Below are positions 37,423 to 47,588 of a stretch of DNA of 64,000 nt, in pieces. Under the pieces are notes generated by a model. It ran no database searches. It was not told where the DNA came from and saw only the letters and a program-made list of their open reading frames with translations. Origin of the DNA: an uncultured Candidatus Rokubacteria bacterium (GTDB lineage Bacteria; Methylomirabilota; Methylomirabilia; Rokubacteriales; CSP1-6); contig CAVVEU010000014.1 of assembly GCA_963747235.1 (NCBI GenBank), positions 160,001 to 224,000 on the forward strand. The letters run 5' to 3'. The translations under genes were made by a program, and so were the position numbers. The number at the start of each line of letters is the position of its first letter. Positions within the stretch are counted from its first letter, which is position 1.

Positions 37423-39750
37423 GTGCTTGTCGGCGCCTCACCGAAGCGGAAGGAAGACGGCCGCTTCGTCGCGGGCCGCGGCCGCTACCTCGACGACGTG
37501 CGCGTGCCGGGCCTGCTCCACGTGGCCCTGGTGCGGAGCCCCCACGCCCACGCCCGCGTGGTGTCGGTGGACGCGCGCGCCGCCCGCGCGCTGGCCGGCG
37601 TGGCCGCGGTGTGGACGCTCGCCGATCTGCCCGAGCTGGCCGCCGCGAACGTGCCGCCGCTCGTGCCGGAGCCGAAGAGCCGCCCGTACGTGCATCCGAT
37701 CATGGCGGGCGCGCGGGCGCGCCACGTGGGCGAGATCGTCGCGGTCGTGGTCGCGGACGATCCCTACGTCGCCGCCGACGGCGCCGAGCGCGTCGCGGTG
37801 GCCTACGAGCCCCTGCCCGCCGCGGTGTCGCCGGAGGCGGCCGCCGCGCCCGGCGCTCCGCGCGTCAACGAGGCGTGGCCCGACAACCTGGTCTCGGTGA
37901 CCACCAGCGCCAAGGGCAATCCCGAGGGCGCGATGGCCACCGCGGAGGTCGTGGTGGCCGCGCGCCTGGCCTATCCGCGCGTGGCCGGGATGCCGCTCGA
38001 GACGCGCGGCGTGCTGGCCGCGCCCGATCCGATCGGCGGCGGCCTCACGGTGTGGACCTCGACCCAGGTGCCCTTCGCGGTACGCAGCGGCATCGCGCCG
38101 GTGGTGGGCCTGCAGGAGGAGCGCATCCGCGTCATCGTGCCCGACGTGGGCGGCGGCTTCGGGGTGAAGGGCCACGTCTATCCCGAGGAGATCCTGGTGC
38201 CCGTGGTCGCCCGGCGCCTCGGACGCCCGGTGAAATGGGCCGAGACGCGCAGCGAGCACTGCCTCACCGCCGCGGGGGATCGCGACCAGGTCCACGAGGC
38301 GCGCATCGGGCTCGGGCGCGACGGTCGCATCGTGGCCATCGACACCGCGTTCACCCGCGACCACGGCGCCTCGCCCATGCTCGGCGAGGCCATCACGCTC
38401 AACACCATCAATCACCTGCCCGGCCCGTACCGCGTGCCGAACTACCGCGGGGTCGGCCGGAACATTCTCACCCACAAGACCTTCGCCGCCGCCTATCGCG
38501 GCGCCGGCCGGCCCGAGGCCGCCTTCGTGCTCGACCGGCTGCTGGATCGCGCGGCGCGACGCATCGGCATGGACCCCGCCGAGCTGCGCCGGCGCAACCT
38601 GATCCGCGCCGACGAGATGCCGAGCCCGACCGGCCTCACCTACCGCGACGGCGCGCCGATCACCTACGACCCGGCCGACTATCCGGCGGCCTTCGAGCGG
38701 CTCCTCCTGGCACTCGACTACACCGGCTGGCGGGCCGAGCAGGCGAAGCGGCGCGGGAGCAACCGGCCCATCGGCTTGGGTCTCTGCGCCTACGTCGAAG
38801 GCACCGGCATCGGCCCCTTCGAGGGCGCGGACATCCGCGTGGATCCGGACGGCACCGTGTTCGTGCACCTGGGCGTCTGCGCGCAGGGCCAGGGGCACGA
38901 GACGACGCTGGCCCAGATCGCGGCCGACGAGCTGGCGGTGCCGCTCGAGTCGGTCGTGGTGGTGGGCGGCGACACCAACCTGGTCGGCTACGGCATGGGC
39001 ACGATCGCGAGCCGCGTGGCCGCGGTGAGCGGCCCCGCGGTGCAGCGCACCGCCGCGCAGGTCGCCCACAAGGCGCGCCTGGTCGGCGCCGAGCTCTTCG
39101 AGTGCGCGCCCGAGGACGTCGTGCTCGCCGAGGGCCGCGTGCACGTGAAGGGCGTGCCCGACAGGAGCGTGAGCCTGGGCCAGGTGGCCCGCGCCGCGGT
39201 GCGGAGCCGCGCGGTGGCGGACGCGGGAGGCCCCGGGCTCAGCGCCTGCGCCTTCTTCTATCCCGACACGGTCACGTGGGCCTTCGGCGTGCAGGGCGTC
39301 GTCGCCGAGGTGGATCTGGAGGCCTGCAGCATCCGGCTGCTCAAGCTGGCCGCCATGCACGACTGCGGGCGGCCCATCAACCCGGTGATCGTCGAAGGCC
39401 AGCTCCACGGCGGCATCGCCCAGGGCCTCGGCAGCGCGCTGGGCGAGTCGCTGATCTACGACGACACGGGCCAGCTCCTCACCGGCACGCTGATGGATTA
39501 TCCATTGCCGCGCGCCGACGAGATGCCGCCGCTCGAGGTCATCCACATGGACTTCCCCTCCGCGATCAACGCCCTCGGCATCAAGGGCGTGGGCGAGAGC
39601 GGCGTCATCTCCCCCGCCGCCGCGGTGGCCAACGCGGTGGAGGACGCGCTCGCCGACTACGGCATCGAGATCGACCGTCCCCCGGTCACCGCGGCGCGCG
39701 TGTTCGAGCTGCTGCGTGCCAGCGGCCGCTGGCCTGGGCGGCGATCATGA
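37423..39750 (+). CDS. Xanthine dehydrogenase family molybdopterin-binding subunit (CoxL form II-like)
   Basis: RSPHAHA, VGGGFGVK, AYRGAGR, QGQGHET, GQLHGG, KGVGE. Confidence 0.92.
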   Translation: MLVGASPKRKEDGRFVAGRGRYLDDVRVPGLLHVALVRSPHAHARVVSVDARAARALAGVAAVWTLADLPELAAANVPPLVPEPKSRPYVHPIMAGARARHVGEIVAVVVADDPYVAADGAERVAVAYEPLPAAVSPEAAAAPGAPRVNEAWPDNLVSVTTSAKGNPEGAMATAEVVVAARLAYPRVAGMPLETRGVLAAPDPIGGGLTVWTSTQVPFAVRSGIAPVVGLQEERIRVIVPDVGGGFGVKGHVYPEEILVPVVARRLGRPVKWAETRSEHCLTAAGDRDQVHEARIGLGRDGRIVAIDTAFTRDHGASPMLGEAITLNTINHLPGPYRVPNYRGVGRNILTHKTFAAAYRGAGRPEAAFVLDRLLDRAARRIGMDPAELRRRNLIRADEMPSPTGLTYRDGAPITYDPADYPAAFERLLLALDYTGWRAEQAKRRGSNRPIGLGLCAYVEGTGIGPFEGADIRVDPDGTVFVHLGVCAQGQGHETTLAQIAADELAVPLESVVVVGGDTNLVGYGMGTIASRVAAVSGPAVQRTAAQVAHKARLVGAELFECAPEDVVLAEGRVHVKGVPDRSVSLGQVARAAVRSRAVADAGGPGLSACAFFYPDTVTWAFGVQGVVAEVDLEACSIRLLKLAAMHDCGRPINPVIVEGQLHGGIAQGLGSALGESLIYDDTGQLLTGTLMDYPLPRADEMPPLEVIHMDFPSAINALGIKGVGESGVISPAAAVANAVEDALADYGIEIDRPPVTAARVFELLRASGRWPGRRS

Positions 39751-39751
39751 A

Positions 39752-39787
39752 CCCCTCACCCCGGCCCTCTCCCCTGAGGGGAGAGGG
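39752..39787. repeat. CCCTCTCCCC hairpin repeat copy
   Basis: cccctcaccccggccctctcccc-tga-ggggagaggg. Confidence 0.85.
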
Positions 39788-39805
39788 TGATATGGAGGTC
39801 CTCCC

Positions 39806-40673
39806 ATGATCGAGCGCCGGCCGTTCGGACGCACCGGGCATCAGAGCACCGCCACGATCTTCGGCGCCGCCGCGCTGGCGCGCGTCACCCAGGACGAGGC
39901 CGATCGGGCGCTGGAGGTGCTGCTCGCCCACGGGGTGAACCACATCGACACCGCCGCGCGCTACGGCGACTCCGAGCTGCGCATCGGGCCGTGGATGGCC
40001 CGGCACCGGAAGGACTTCTTCCTGGCCACCAAGACCGGCTCGCGCGGGGCGCGCGCCGCCCGCGAGGATCTCCAGCGCTCGCTCGAGCGCCTGCGCGTGG
40101 ACTCACGTGGATCTCATCCAGATCCACTCGCTCGGCCATCCCGACGACTGGGACCAGGTGATGGGCCCGGACGGCGCGCTCGAGGCGCTGGTGGAAGCCC
40201 GGGCGCAGGGGCTCACGCGCGCCATCGGCGTCACCGGCCACGGCTGGAGCATCCCGGCCATGCACCGCCGGAGCCTCGCGCGCTTCGACTTCGACTCGAT
40301 CCTGCTGCCCTACAACTTCTTCATGGTCCAGAACGATCGCTACCGCGAGGCCTTCGGCGAGGTCATCGCCATCTGCCGGGAGCGCAACGTGGCCGTCCAG
40401 ACCATCAAGGGCATCGCGCGCGGCCCCTGGGCCACCGCCGACCGGAGCCACGCCACGTGGTACCAGCCGCTCGAGCGGCAGGAGGACATCGATCGGGCCG
40501 TCCACTGGGTGCTGGGCCGGCCCGACGTCTTCCTCAACACCGCGGGCGACCTCGCCCTGCTGCCGCGCGTGCTCGACGCGGCCGCCCGCTTCACGCGCCG
40601 CCCTCCGGACGAGGAGATGTCGGCCATGCACGACGCGACGCGGATGTCCTCGCTCTTCGGCCTGCCCACGTGA
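39806..40673 (+). CDS. Aldo/keto reductase; frameshift near 40105
   Basis: [33 protein letters not shown]. Confidence 0.9.
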
Positions 40674-40708
40674 CCGCGGGCCGGGCCCGGTAGCCGGCGC
40701 CCCCGGCG

Positions 40709-41912
40709 GTGGAGAGCTGGGAGCGCAATGTCTGGGCCCTGGCCCTCGTCGTCTTCATCGCGTTCGTCGGCTTCCAGTTCTTCTCGCCCTTCCTGCCGCT
40801 CTACGTGATCGAGCTGGGCGTCACCGAGCCCACGCGCGTCGCCCTCTGGTCCGGCGCGCTGACCGCGGTGACCCCGGCGGTCTCGGGCCTGCTCGGCCCG
40901 CTCTGGGGCCGCTTCGCCGACCGGGTGGGCCGCAAGATGATGATGATCCGCTCGCTCGCCGGCTTCGTGATCATCGTGGCCGCGATGGGCCTCGTGACCT
41001 CGGTCACCCAGCTCATGATCCTGCGCGTGCTCCAGGGCGTCATCGCCGGCTTCTCCGTCTTCGCCATGGCCCTGGCGAGCGTGTCGTGCCCGAAGGACAA
41101 GGTGCCGGTGGCCATCGGGCGCGTGCAGGGCGCGCAGCTCCTGAGCGTGGCGATCGGGCCGGCCGCGGGCGGCTACGTGGCCTCCCACTTCGGCCTGCGC
41201 TACGCCTTCTTCGTCACCGCGGGGATGTGCGCGATCGCCCTCGTCGGGCTGATCTTCCTCTTCGACGAGGGCCGGCCGCGCGCCGCCGACGGGGCCGCGG
41301 CGTCCACCCGCGAGAGCAGCTTCACGCTGCGCGACGTGCTGGGCCTGCGCGGGTTTCCGCTCGTGCTCGGCCTGCTCTTCATCAGCCAGTTCATCGACCG
41401 CGGGTTGTCCCTCCTCGTGCCCCTGAAAGTTGCGGCCCTGCCCGACGTGACCCGCATCGCGGCCACCTCGGGCGAGATCATCTCGCTCGCCGCCATCTGC
41501 GCCACCGGCTCGGCCCTCGCCGCCGGCCGCCTCGCGCAGCGCTGGCCGCCCGAGCGGCTCTTGCTCGTCGGCCTGCTCGCTGGGCGGCCTGCCCTGCGCG
41601 CTCATGGCCCTGGCGCCCGGCTGGCAGAGCCTCATGCTGCTGCGCTGCCTCACCGGCTTCTGCCTCGGCGGCGCGCTGACCCTGGCCTACTCGCTCGGCG
41701 GCACGCTGGTGCCGGGCGAGCGCCGCGGCGCCGCCTTCGGCTGGCTCGCGCTGAGCGTGCAGGTGGGCACCGCCGCGAGCCCGCTGGTCAGCGGTGGGCT
41801 GGCCGCGCTGAGCCTCTCCGGCGCCTTCATGATGGACGGCGCGCTGGCCTGGCTGGGCGCCGCGGTCTTGCTCATCGGCACGCGCCGCCTCCGCCGCGGC
41901 GCCGCGTCCTAG
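40709..41912 (+). CDS. MFS transporter (MdtG-like); frameshift near 41585
   Basis: PFLPLY, GPLWGRFADRVGRK, LRVLQG; C-terminal half in ORF 41604-41912. Confidence 0.88.
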
Positions 41913-42010
41913 GTGCTGCGCGCCGCCGCTTGACGAGGCATCCCTTGACGACGCGCGCGGGATTGCCTACTGTCGCCGCACCACCTGAATCGCCACCGGG
42001 AGGACACGCC

Positions 42011-42940
42011 ATGCCGCTCGATCCGCAAGCCCAGAAGGTCGTGGACACGGTCGCCGCGCTGAACCTCAAGCCGAACTGGCAATCCACCCCCGACGAGGCG
42101 CGCGAGTCCATGCGCACGCGCACCGCCGGGCTCGGTCCGGTCGAGGACGTGCCCGCCGTCGCGGACCACCGCGTGCCGGTGACCGGCGGCGAGATCACGG
42201 TGCGGGTCTACAGCCCCGCCGGCCACGGGCCGCATCCGGTCCTGGTCTTCTACCACGGCGGCGGCTGGGTGATCGGCGACCTCTACACCCACGACGGCAT
42301 CTGCCGGTCGCTCGTGAACGCGGCGGGCTGCGCGGTGGCCTCGGTGGACTACCGGCTGGCGCCGGAGTTCAAGTACCCGACGCCGGTGGACGACTCCTGG
42401 GCGGGGCTCCAGTGGGTGGCGGCCAACGGCGCGCGCCTCGGGCTCGATCCCGCCCGGATCGCGGTGGGCGGCGACAGCGCGGGCGGCAACCTCGCCGCGG
42501 TGATGGCGCTCCTGGCGCGCGATCGGCGCGGGCCGCGGCTCTCGCTGCAGCTCCTGATCTACCCGGTGACGAACTACGACTTCGATACGCCGTCCTACCG
42601 CGAGAACGCCACCGGGTACCTGCTGACCACCGAGGACATGCGGTGGTTCTGGCGCCACTACCTGGTCCGCGAGGAGCAGGGCCGCGAGCCGAACGCCTCA
42701 CCGCTCCTGGCCAAGAGCCTGGCCGACCTGCCGCCCGCGCTGGTGATCACCGCGGGCTGCGATCCCCTGCGCGACGAGGGCGAAGCCTACGCGAAGCGGC
42801 TGCGCGAGGCGGGCGTGTCGGTGACGACGACGCAGTACCCCGGCATGTTCCACGGCTTCGTGCGGATGACGCGCATCCTCGACCAGTCGCGCGCGCTGCT
42901 GGGCGAGCTGGCGGGGGCGCTGCGGAAGGCGCTCGGGTAG
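42011..42940 (+). CDS. Alpha/beta hydrolase (HSL-family esterase)
   Basis: HGGGW, DYRLAPE, GDSAGG, DPLRDEG, HGF; own RBS and TTGACG-17-TACTGT promoter. Confidence 0.94.
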   Translation: MPLDPQAQKVVDTVAALNLKPNWQSTPDEARESMRTRTAGLGPVEDVPAVADHRVPVTGGEITVRVYSPAGHGPHPVLVFYHGGGWVIGDLYTHDGICRSLVNAAGCAVASVDYRLAPEFKYPTPVDDSWAGLQWVAANGARLGLDPARIAVGGDSAGGNLAAVMALLARDRRGPRLSLQLLIYPVTNYDFDTPSYRENATGYLLTTEDMRWFWRHYLVREEQGREPNASPLLAKSLADLPPALVITAGCDPLRDEGEAYAKRLREAGVSVTTTQYPGMFHGFVRMTRILDQSRALLGELAGALRKALG

Positions 42941-42950
42941 ACCTACACCA

Positions 42951-43042
42951 CCCTCACCCTGCCCTCTCCCCTGAGGGGGAGAGGGTTCAGCCACACGCGC
43001 CCGCTCTCCCTCTCCCCGTTGGGGAGAGGGCAGGGTGAGGGG
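42951..43042. repeat. Two inverted copies of the CCCTCTCCCC hairpin repeat
   Basis: Units at 42951-42985 and 43008-43042, between convergent genes. Confidence 0.9.
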
Positions 43043-43047
43043 CGGGT

Positions 43048-44131
43048 TCAGGCGAGCAGGAAGGGAACCTTCGCGGCCGCGGCGACGCCGCGGAGCTGCG
43101 TCATCAGGTCGTCGGGGATCGGCACGCCCTGCTCGAGCCGCTCCGCGCGCGTGAGCCGCTCCGGATCGCCCGCCACCATCACCGGCTGGCTTCGGGTCCA
43201 CGCGCTTGGCCCCGTGCAGCACGTCGATCACGTCGTCCAGGTCCTGCTCGAAGTCCCCCGCGTCGCGAAACGCGGCCGGATCGATGGCCATGAAGAAGTG
43301 GCCGATGTTGTGCGGATCCGAGTCGCGCTGGGTCTTGTTGCGCAGCGGCGAGAACGACGCGCCCGCGAGCGCGCCGCCCAGGATGTGCACCATCACCGCG
43401 AGGCCATAGCCCTTGTGGCCGCCCAGGTCGCGGCTGCCGCCGAGCGGCGTGATGCCGCCGTCCGGGCGCTCGAACACGTGCTGGAACGCGGTCGCCTCGT
43501 CGGTCACCGGCCGGCCGTCGCCGTCCACCACCCAGCCCGACGGCACCGGCTTGTGGTTGAGCTTGTAGACCTTCACCTTGCCCGCCGCGACGGTGGTCGT
43601 GGCCATGTCGAGCTCGAACGACGCGTTCTTCTTCGCGGGCGCCGCGAAGGCGAGCGGGTTCGTCCCCATGACCGGCTCCGCCGCGAAGGTGGGCACCAGG
43701 GTGACGCCCCGGGTGGCCGAGGTGACCATGCCGATCACGCCGCGATCGGCCGCGATCTTCGCGTAGCAGCCGGCCGCGCCGAAGTGGTGCGAGTTGTACA
43801 CCGCGACCACCGCCACGCCGGTGGTCAGGCACTTGTCCACCGCCAGGTTCATGGCGTGCACCGATACCGGATGGCCGAGCGAGCGGTCCGCGTCGATCCG
43901 GGCCATGGACGGCATGTCGCGCACCGTCTTCCACTGCGGGCGCATGTTGAGCCGGCCCGCGCGGAACTCCTTGTCGTAGGTCGGCAGCATCGAGATGCCG
44001 TGCGAGTCCACCCCGCGCAGGTCGGTCTCCACCATCATCTGCGCGGTCGTCGCCGCGTGCGCGGCCGACATGCCCCACGCGGTGAACACGGACTCGAGCT
44101 GCTGCTGGATCTGGCGGGCGGGGACTCGCAT
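43048..44131 (-). CDS. Ldh_2 family oxidoreductase (malate/L-sulfolactate dehydrogenase-like); frameshift near 43190
   Basis: DLRGVDSHG, NSHHFG, GTNPLAF, LDMATT, HKGYGL. Confidence 0.9.
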
Positions 44132-44133
44132 GG

Positions 44134-45153
44134 CTAGCTCCTGGTGCGGCGGCGAACTTCGGGGAGGACCTCGCGGCCGAGCAGCTCGATGCCGGCGAGC
44201 ACATCCGCCTGCGGCATCCCGGGCCAGCTCACGCGCATGGTGAGGTGCGTGGCGCCGGCCGCGTGCTGGGCGAGCAGCATCTCGGTCACCTGGGCCGGCG
44301 AGCCGATGGCGAAGCGGTTGGCGGCCAGGCGGCGGAGCTGCTCTTCCGGCTTCGCGGAAGGATCGAGCGTGACGCCCTCGAGCCCCCAGGAGAGATAGGC
44401 CGCGTACTTGTCCAGCAGGTAGGGCGCCGCGCGGCGGATCGCGATGTCCTCGTCGGGCGCGCAGACCACCTCGAGCAGCCGGCAGATCTGAGGCGGCGCG
44501 GACAGGCCTTCCTTGGCGCGCGCCGCGGTGAAGGCCGTCGCCTGCGCGGCGAACTCGTCCACGCGCGGCACCGGTACCACGAGCCAGCCGTCGGCGATGC
44601 GGGCGGCGCGCGCGATGCCGGCGGGGACCTGCGAGCCCACCAGGATCGGCGGCCGCGGGCGCTGGATCGGGCGCGGGCGGATCGTGACGTTCTCGAAGCT
44701 CCAGTGCCGCCCGCGATGCGTCACCTTGTCCTCGGTCCAGAGCCGCCGGATGATCTCCACGCCCTCCGCGAGCCGGCTCACCCGCTCCGCCATCGGCACC
44801 CCGAAGATCGCGAACTCCTCCGGCCGGTAGCCGAGCCCCACGCCCAGCATGAAGCGCCCGCCGGTGATCACGTCGAGAAAGGCGCCGACCTCCGCGATCT
44901 CCACCGGGTTGTGCAGCGGCAGCAGCACCAGATTGGTCCCGATGGCGAGCCCGGGCACCTCCGCCGCCAGCCGCTGCAGCATCGGCAGCAGAGGAAAATA
45001 ATGGAACCCCGGCGTGGCATGGTGCTCCCCACCCCAGATCGAGTCGAACCCGAGGTCGTGGATGAGCCGCGCCTGCTCCAGCGTCTCGGCAAACCGCCGC
45101 GCCGGATCGTCAGCGGCCGGATGCTGCGCGTTGAGGTAGATCCCGAGCTTCAT
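44134..45153 (-). CDS. LLM-class flavin-dependent oxidoreductase
   Basis: GFDSIWGGEHH, LPLHNPVEIAE, GGRFMLGVGLGYR. Confidence 0.92.
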   Translation of the reverse strand: MKLGIYLNAQHPAADDPARRFAETLEQARLIHDLGFDSIWGGEHHATPGFHYFPLLPMLQRLAAEVPGLAIGTNLVLLPLHNPVEIAEVGAFLDVITGGRFMLGVGLGYRPEEFAIFGVPMAERVSRLAEGVEIIRRLWTEDKVTHRGRHWSFENVTIRPRPIQRPRPPILVGSQVPAGIARAARIADGWLVVPVPRVDEFAAQATAFTAARAKEGLSAPPQICRLLEVVCAPDEDIAIRRAAPYLLDKYAAYLSWGLEGVTLDPSAKPEEQLRRLAANRFAIGSPAQVTEMLLAQHAAGATHLTMRVSWPGMPQADVLAGIELLGREVLPEVRRRTRS

Positions 45154-45174
45154 GGCGTAGATGGGCGCTCAGAT

Positions 45175-45223
45175 GGGGTCAGGTCTTCCATTCACACATT
45201 GTCGGAATGTAAGACCTGACCCC
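45175..45223. repeat. 49-bp palindromic element (REP/MITE-like)
   Basis: GGGGTCAGGTCTT-c-CATTC-N11-GAATG-t-AAGACCTGACCCC. Confidence 0.85.
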
Positions 45224-45240
45224 GCGGTTGGCCGCGCGGC

Positions 45241-46475
45241 TTAACCGGGGGCGGCGCCCTGCGTGGCGGTGTAGACCGCGTAGAGGGACTGGCTGGCGGC
45301 CATGAAGAGGCGGTTGCGCTTGGGCCCGCCGAAGCAGACGTTGCCGCAGATCTCGGGCAGCCGGATGCGCCCGATGAGCTGGCCCTGCGGCGTCCACACC
45401 GTCACCCCGCTGTAGCCCACGTTGCGGCCCGCGTTGCTGGAGCACCAGAGATTGCCGTCCACGTCGGAGCGCACGCCGTCGGGCCCGCACTTGACGCCGT
45501 CCACCATGAAGTTGCTGAAGAGCTTGCCGTTGCTCAGCTTGTTGTCCGCGCCCACGTCGAACACGTACATCTCGCCCTTGCCGCCCGCGTGCGTGTCGCC
45601 CGGCCCCTTGCCGGTGCTGACCACGTAGAGCTTCTTGAAGTCGGGCGAGAAGCAGAGCCCGTTGGGATCCGGCACCAGATCCTCCCCCGCGACCTGGGTG
45701 AGCGTGCCGCTCTTGTCCACGCGGTACACCGCGGTGGGCAGCTCGCGCTTGTAGCTGCCGAGCTCGAGCGGCTGGCCGAGCTTCGGGTTGAGCCGGCCCG
45801 CCATGTTGGCGGGCCCGCCCGGCGCGTCCACCGTGCCTTCGTAGAGCTGGGCGCCATAGGGCGGATCGGTGAACCAGTAGCTGCCGTCCGGGTGCGGCAC
45901 CACGTCGTTGGGCGAGTTGAGCCGCTTGCCGTTGAACATCCCCGCGATGAGGCTCACCGAGCCGTCGAGCTCGTAGCGCACCACGCGCCGGGTGACGTGC
46001 TCGCAGGAGAGCTGGCGGCCCTGGAAGTCGAACGTGTTGCCGTTGCTGTTGTTGGACGGCGTGCGGAAGACGCTGACGTGGCCGTTGTCCTCGATCCACC
46101 GGAGCTGCCGGTTGTTCGGGATGTCGCTCCACACCAGGTAACGGCCCTGCGAGCTCCACGCCGGCCCTTCCGCCCAGAGCGAGCCGGTCCACAGCCGCTG
46201 GATCGGCGCGTTCGGCTGCCGCAGCCCGTTGAACGCGGGCTCGACGGTGAGCACGTCGGGATCGGTGAAGTACGTGGTGGGCGCCCCGCGCGGGCTGAAG
46301 TCGCGCGGTGGGCGTGGTGATCGTGCTGGGCGGGGCCATCGGCCCGCTGGGCGGCGTCTGCGCGCCCACCAGCCGAGGGACGAGCACCGCGGCGCCCACC
46401 GCGGCGCCCACGCTGCGGAGCATCACGCGCCGCGATATCGAGGTGGACTTCCGGATCGTGCGCTTCGTGCGCCAT
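45241..46475 (-). CDS. SMP-30/gluconolactonase family protein with Tat signal; frameshifts near the 5' end
   Basis: SRRVML Tat motif, WAEGP, WSDIP, NSPND, PNGLCFSPD, PDG, NVCFGG. Confidence 0.88.
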
Positions 46476-46614
46476 TGCGACCTCCCTGAGACGTCGTCGT
46501 TCGAGAGGAAACGTGGAGAAGCGATTCGCGGGGCCACCCTAGCAGACGGCCGGAGGAGCGTCAAATCGCGGCGTATGATAGGCGGAGCCGTGCGGACCCC
46601 GGGGGAGGTGGCCA

Positions 46615-47106
46615 ATGAGCAAGCGCAAGCCGAAGCCGAAGCGGAGCCGGACGAAGGTGGCCAGGACGAAGGCGACCAGGACGAGGGCGACGAAGAAGGT
46701 CGCGAAGAAGAAGGGCGGCGCGGCGCCGGCCCGGCGGGCCAAGCGCCGCGGCCGGAAGCGGACCACGGCCACCCGGCGCGGCAAGGAAGGCACGGAAGAC
46801 CAAGGGCGAACAGTAGGATTGCTGCGCGAGGTGCTCGAGCACCACGAGACCGGGCCCGCGGCGAGCGCCGGCGACCTGGACGCGGACTGGCAGCGGGCGG
46901 AGAGCTCGGGGGAAGAAGCGGTCGGCGGCAGCGTGTCCACGCCCGACCAGGACCGGGTGGATGAGATCGGCCACGCGCTGGGCGTGGAGCAGCCCTCGGC
47001 GGCGCCGCTCCGCTCCTCCGGGGAGATGCTGGAAGAGCGGGATCGGCGCTACTGGGAGCTCGAGCGACGGGCGCAGGACAAGGCGAGCAAGCGAGGCGAG
47101 CCCTGA
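46615..47106 (+). CDS. DUF6335-like protein with Lys/Arg-rich N-terminal tail
   Basis: GDLDADW..A...GEEAVGGS..TPDQD.VDEIG.ALG; RBS GGAGGT. Confidence 0.7.
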   Translation: MSKRKPKPKRSRTKVARTKATRTRATKKVAKKKGGAAPARRAKRRGRKRTTATRRGKEGTEDQGRTVGLLREVLEHHETGPAASAGDLDADWQRAESSGEEAVGGSVSTPDQDRVDEIGHALGVEQPSAAPLRSSGEMLEERDRRYWELERRAQDKASKRGEP

Positions 47107-47145
47107 CGGGCTATACTTTCGGAGCGACACACGCTCTTTGATTGC

Positions 47146-47543
47146 GTCAGAGAAGGCTGGATGATCGCCGGCACGGACAACCGTGCGGGAGGAAAGTCCG
47201 GGCTCCGCAGGGCAGGGTGCTGGCTAACGGCCAGGGGGGGTGACCCCATGGACAGTGCCACAGAAAGCAAACCGCCGCCTTCACGGGCGGTAAGGGTGAA
47301 ACGGTGAGGTAAGAGCTCACCAGCGGCCTGGGTGACCAGGTCGGCTCGGTAAACCCCACCCGGAGCAAGGCCAAATAGGAGAGCGATCCTGCTCGCGAGA
47401 GCAGGTGAAGCGCGGCCCGCGTGGTGCTCTCGGGTATGGCCGCTTGAGGCGCCGGGTAACCGGCGTCCTAGAGAAATGATCATCTCGCCGTCACGGGAAA
47501 CCGGGGCGGTCAGACAGGACCCGGCTTACACGCCTTCTCTGGC
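47146..47543 (+). ncRNA. rnpB: RNase P RNA, class A
   Basis: GAGGAAAGTCCGGGC, AGTGCCACAGAAA, GGTAAACCCC, ACCCGGCTTA; terminal pairing gtcagagaaggc/gccttctctggc; TATACT upstream. Confidence 0.97.
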
Positions 47544-47588
47544 GCATTTCAAGGACGACCAGACCAGCATCGGCTCCCGGCAGATCGG

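Noticed and set aside
37423-39750. Calling the CoxL-like genes aerobic CO dehydrogenases
   Set aside because: They lack the form I AYxCSFR motif, and no cox accessory genes are nearby.
40709-42940. Apparent MFS-esterase fusion (743 aa)
   Set aside because: The MFS C-terminus is in ORF 41604-41912, and the esterase has its own promoter and RBS.
31675-47145. A single ~15-kb insertion separating rnhA from rnpB
   Set aside because: They are neighbours in some bacteria, but I see no boundary repeats, mobility genes or obvious composition shift, so this cannot be supported without comparative genomes.
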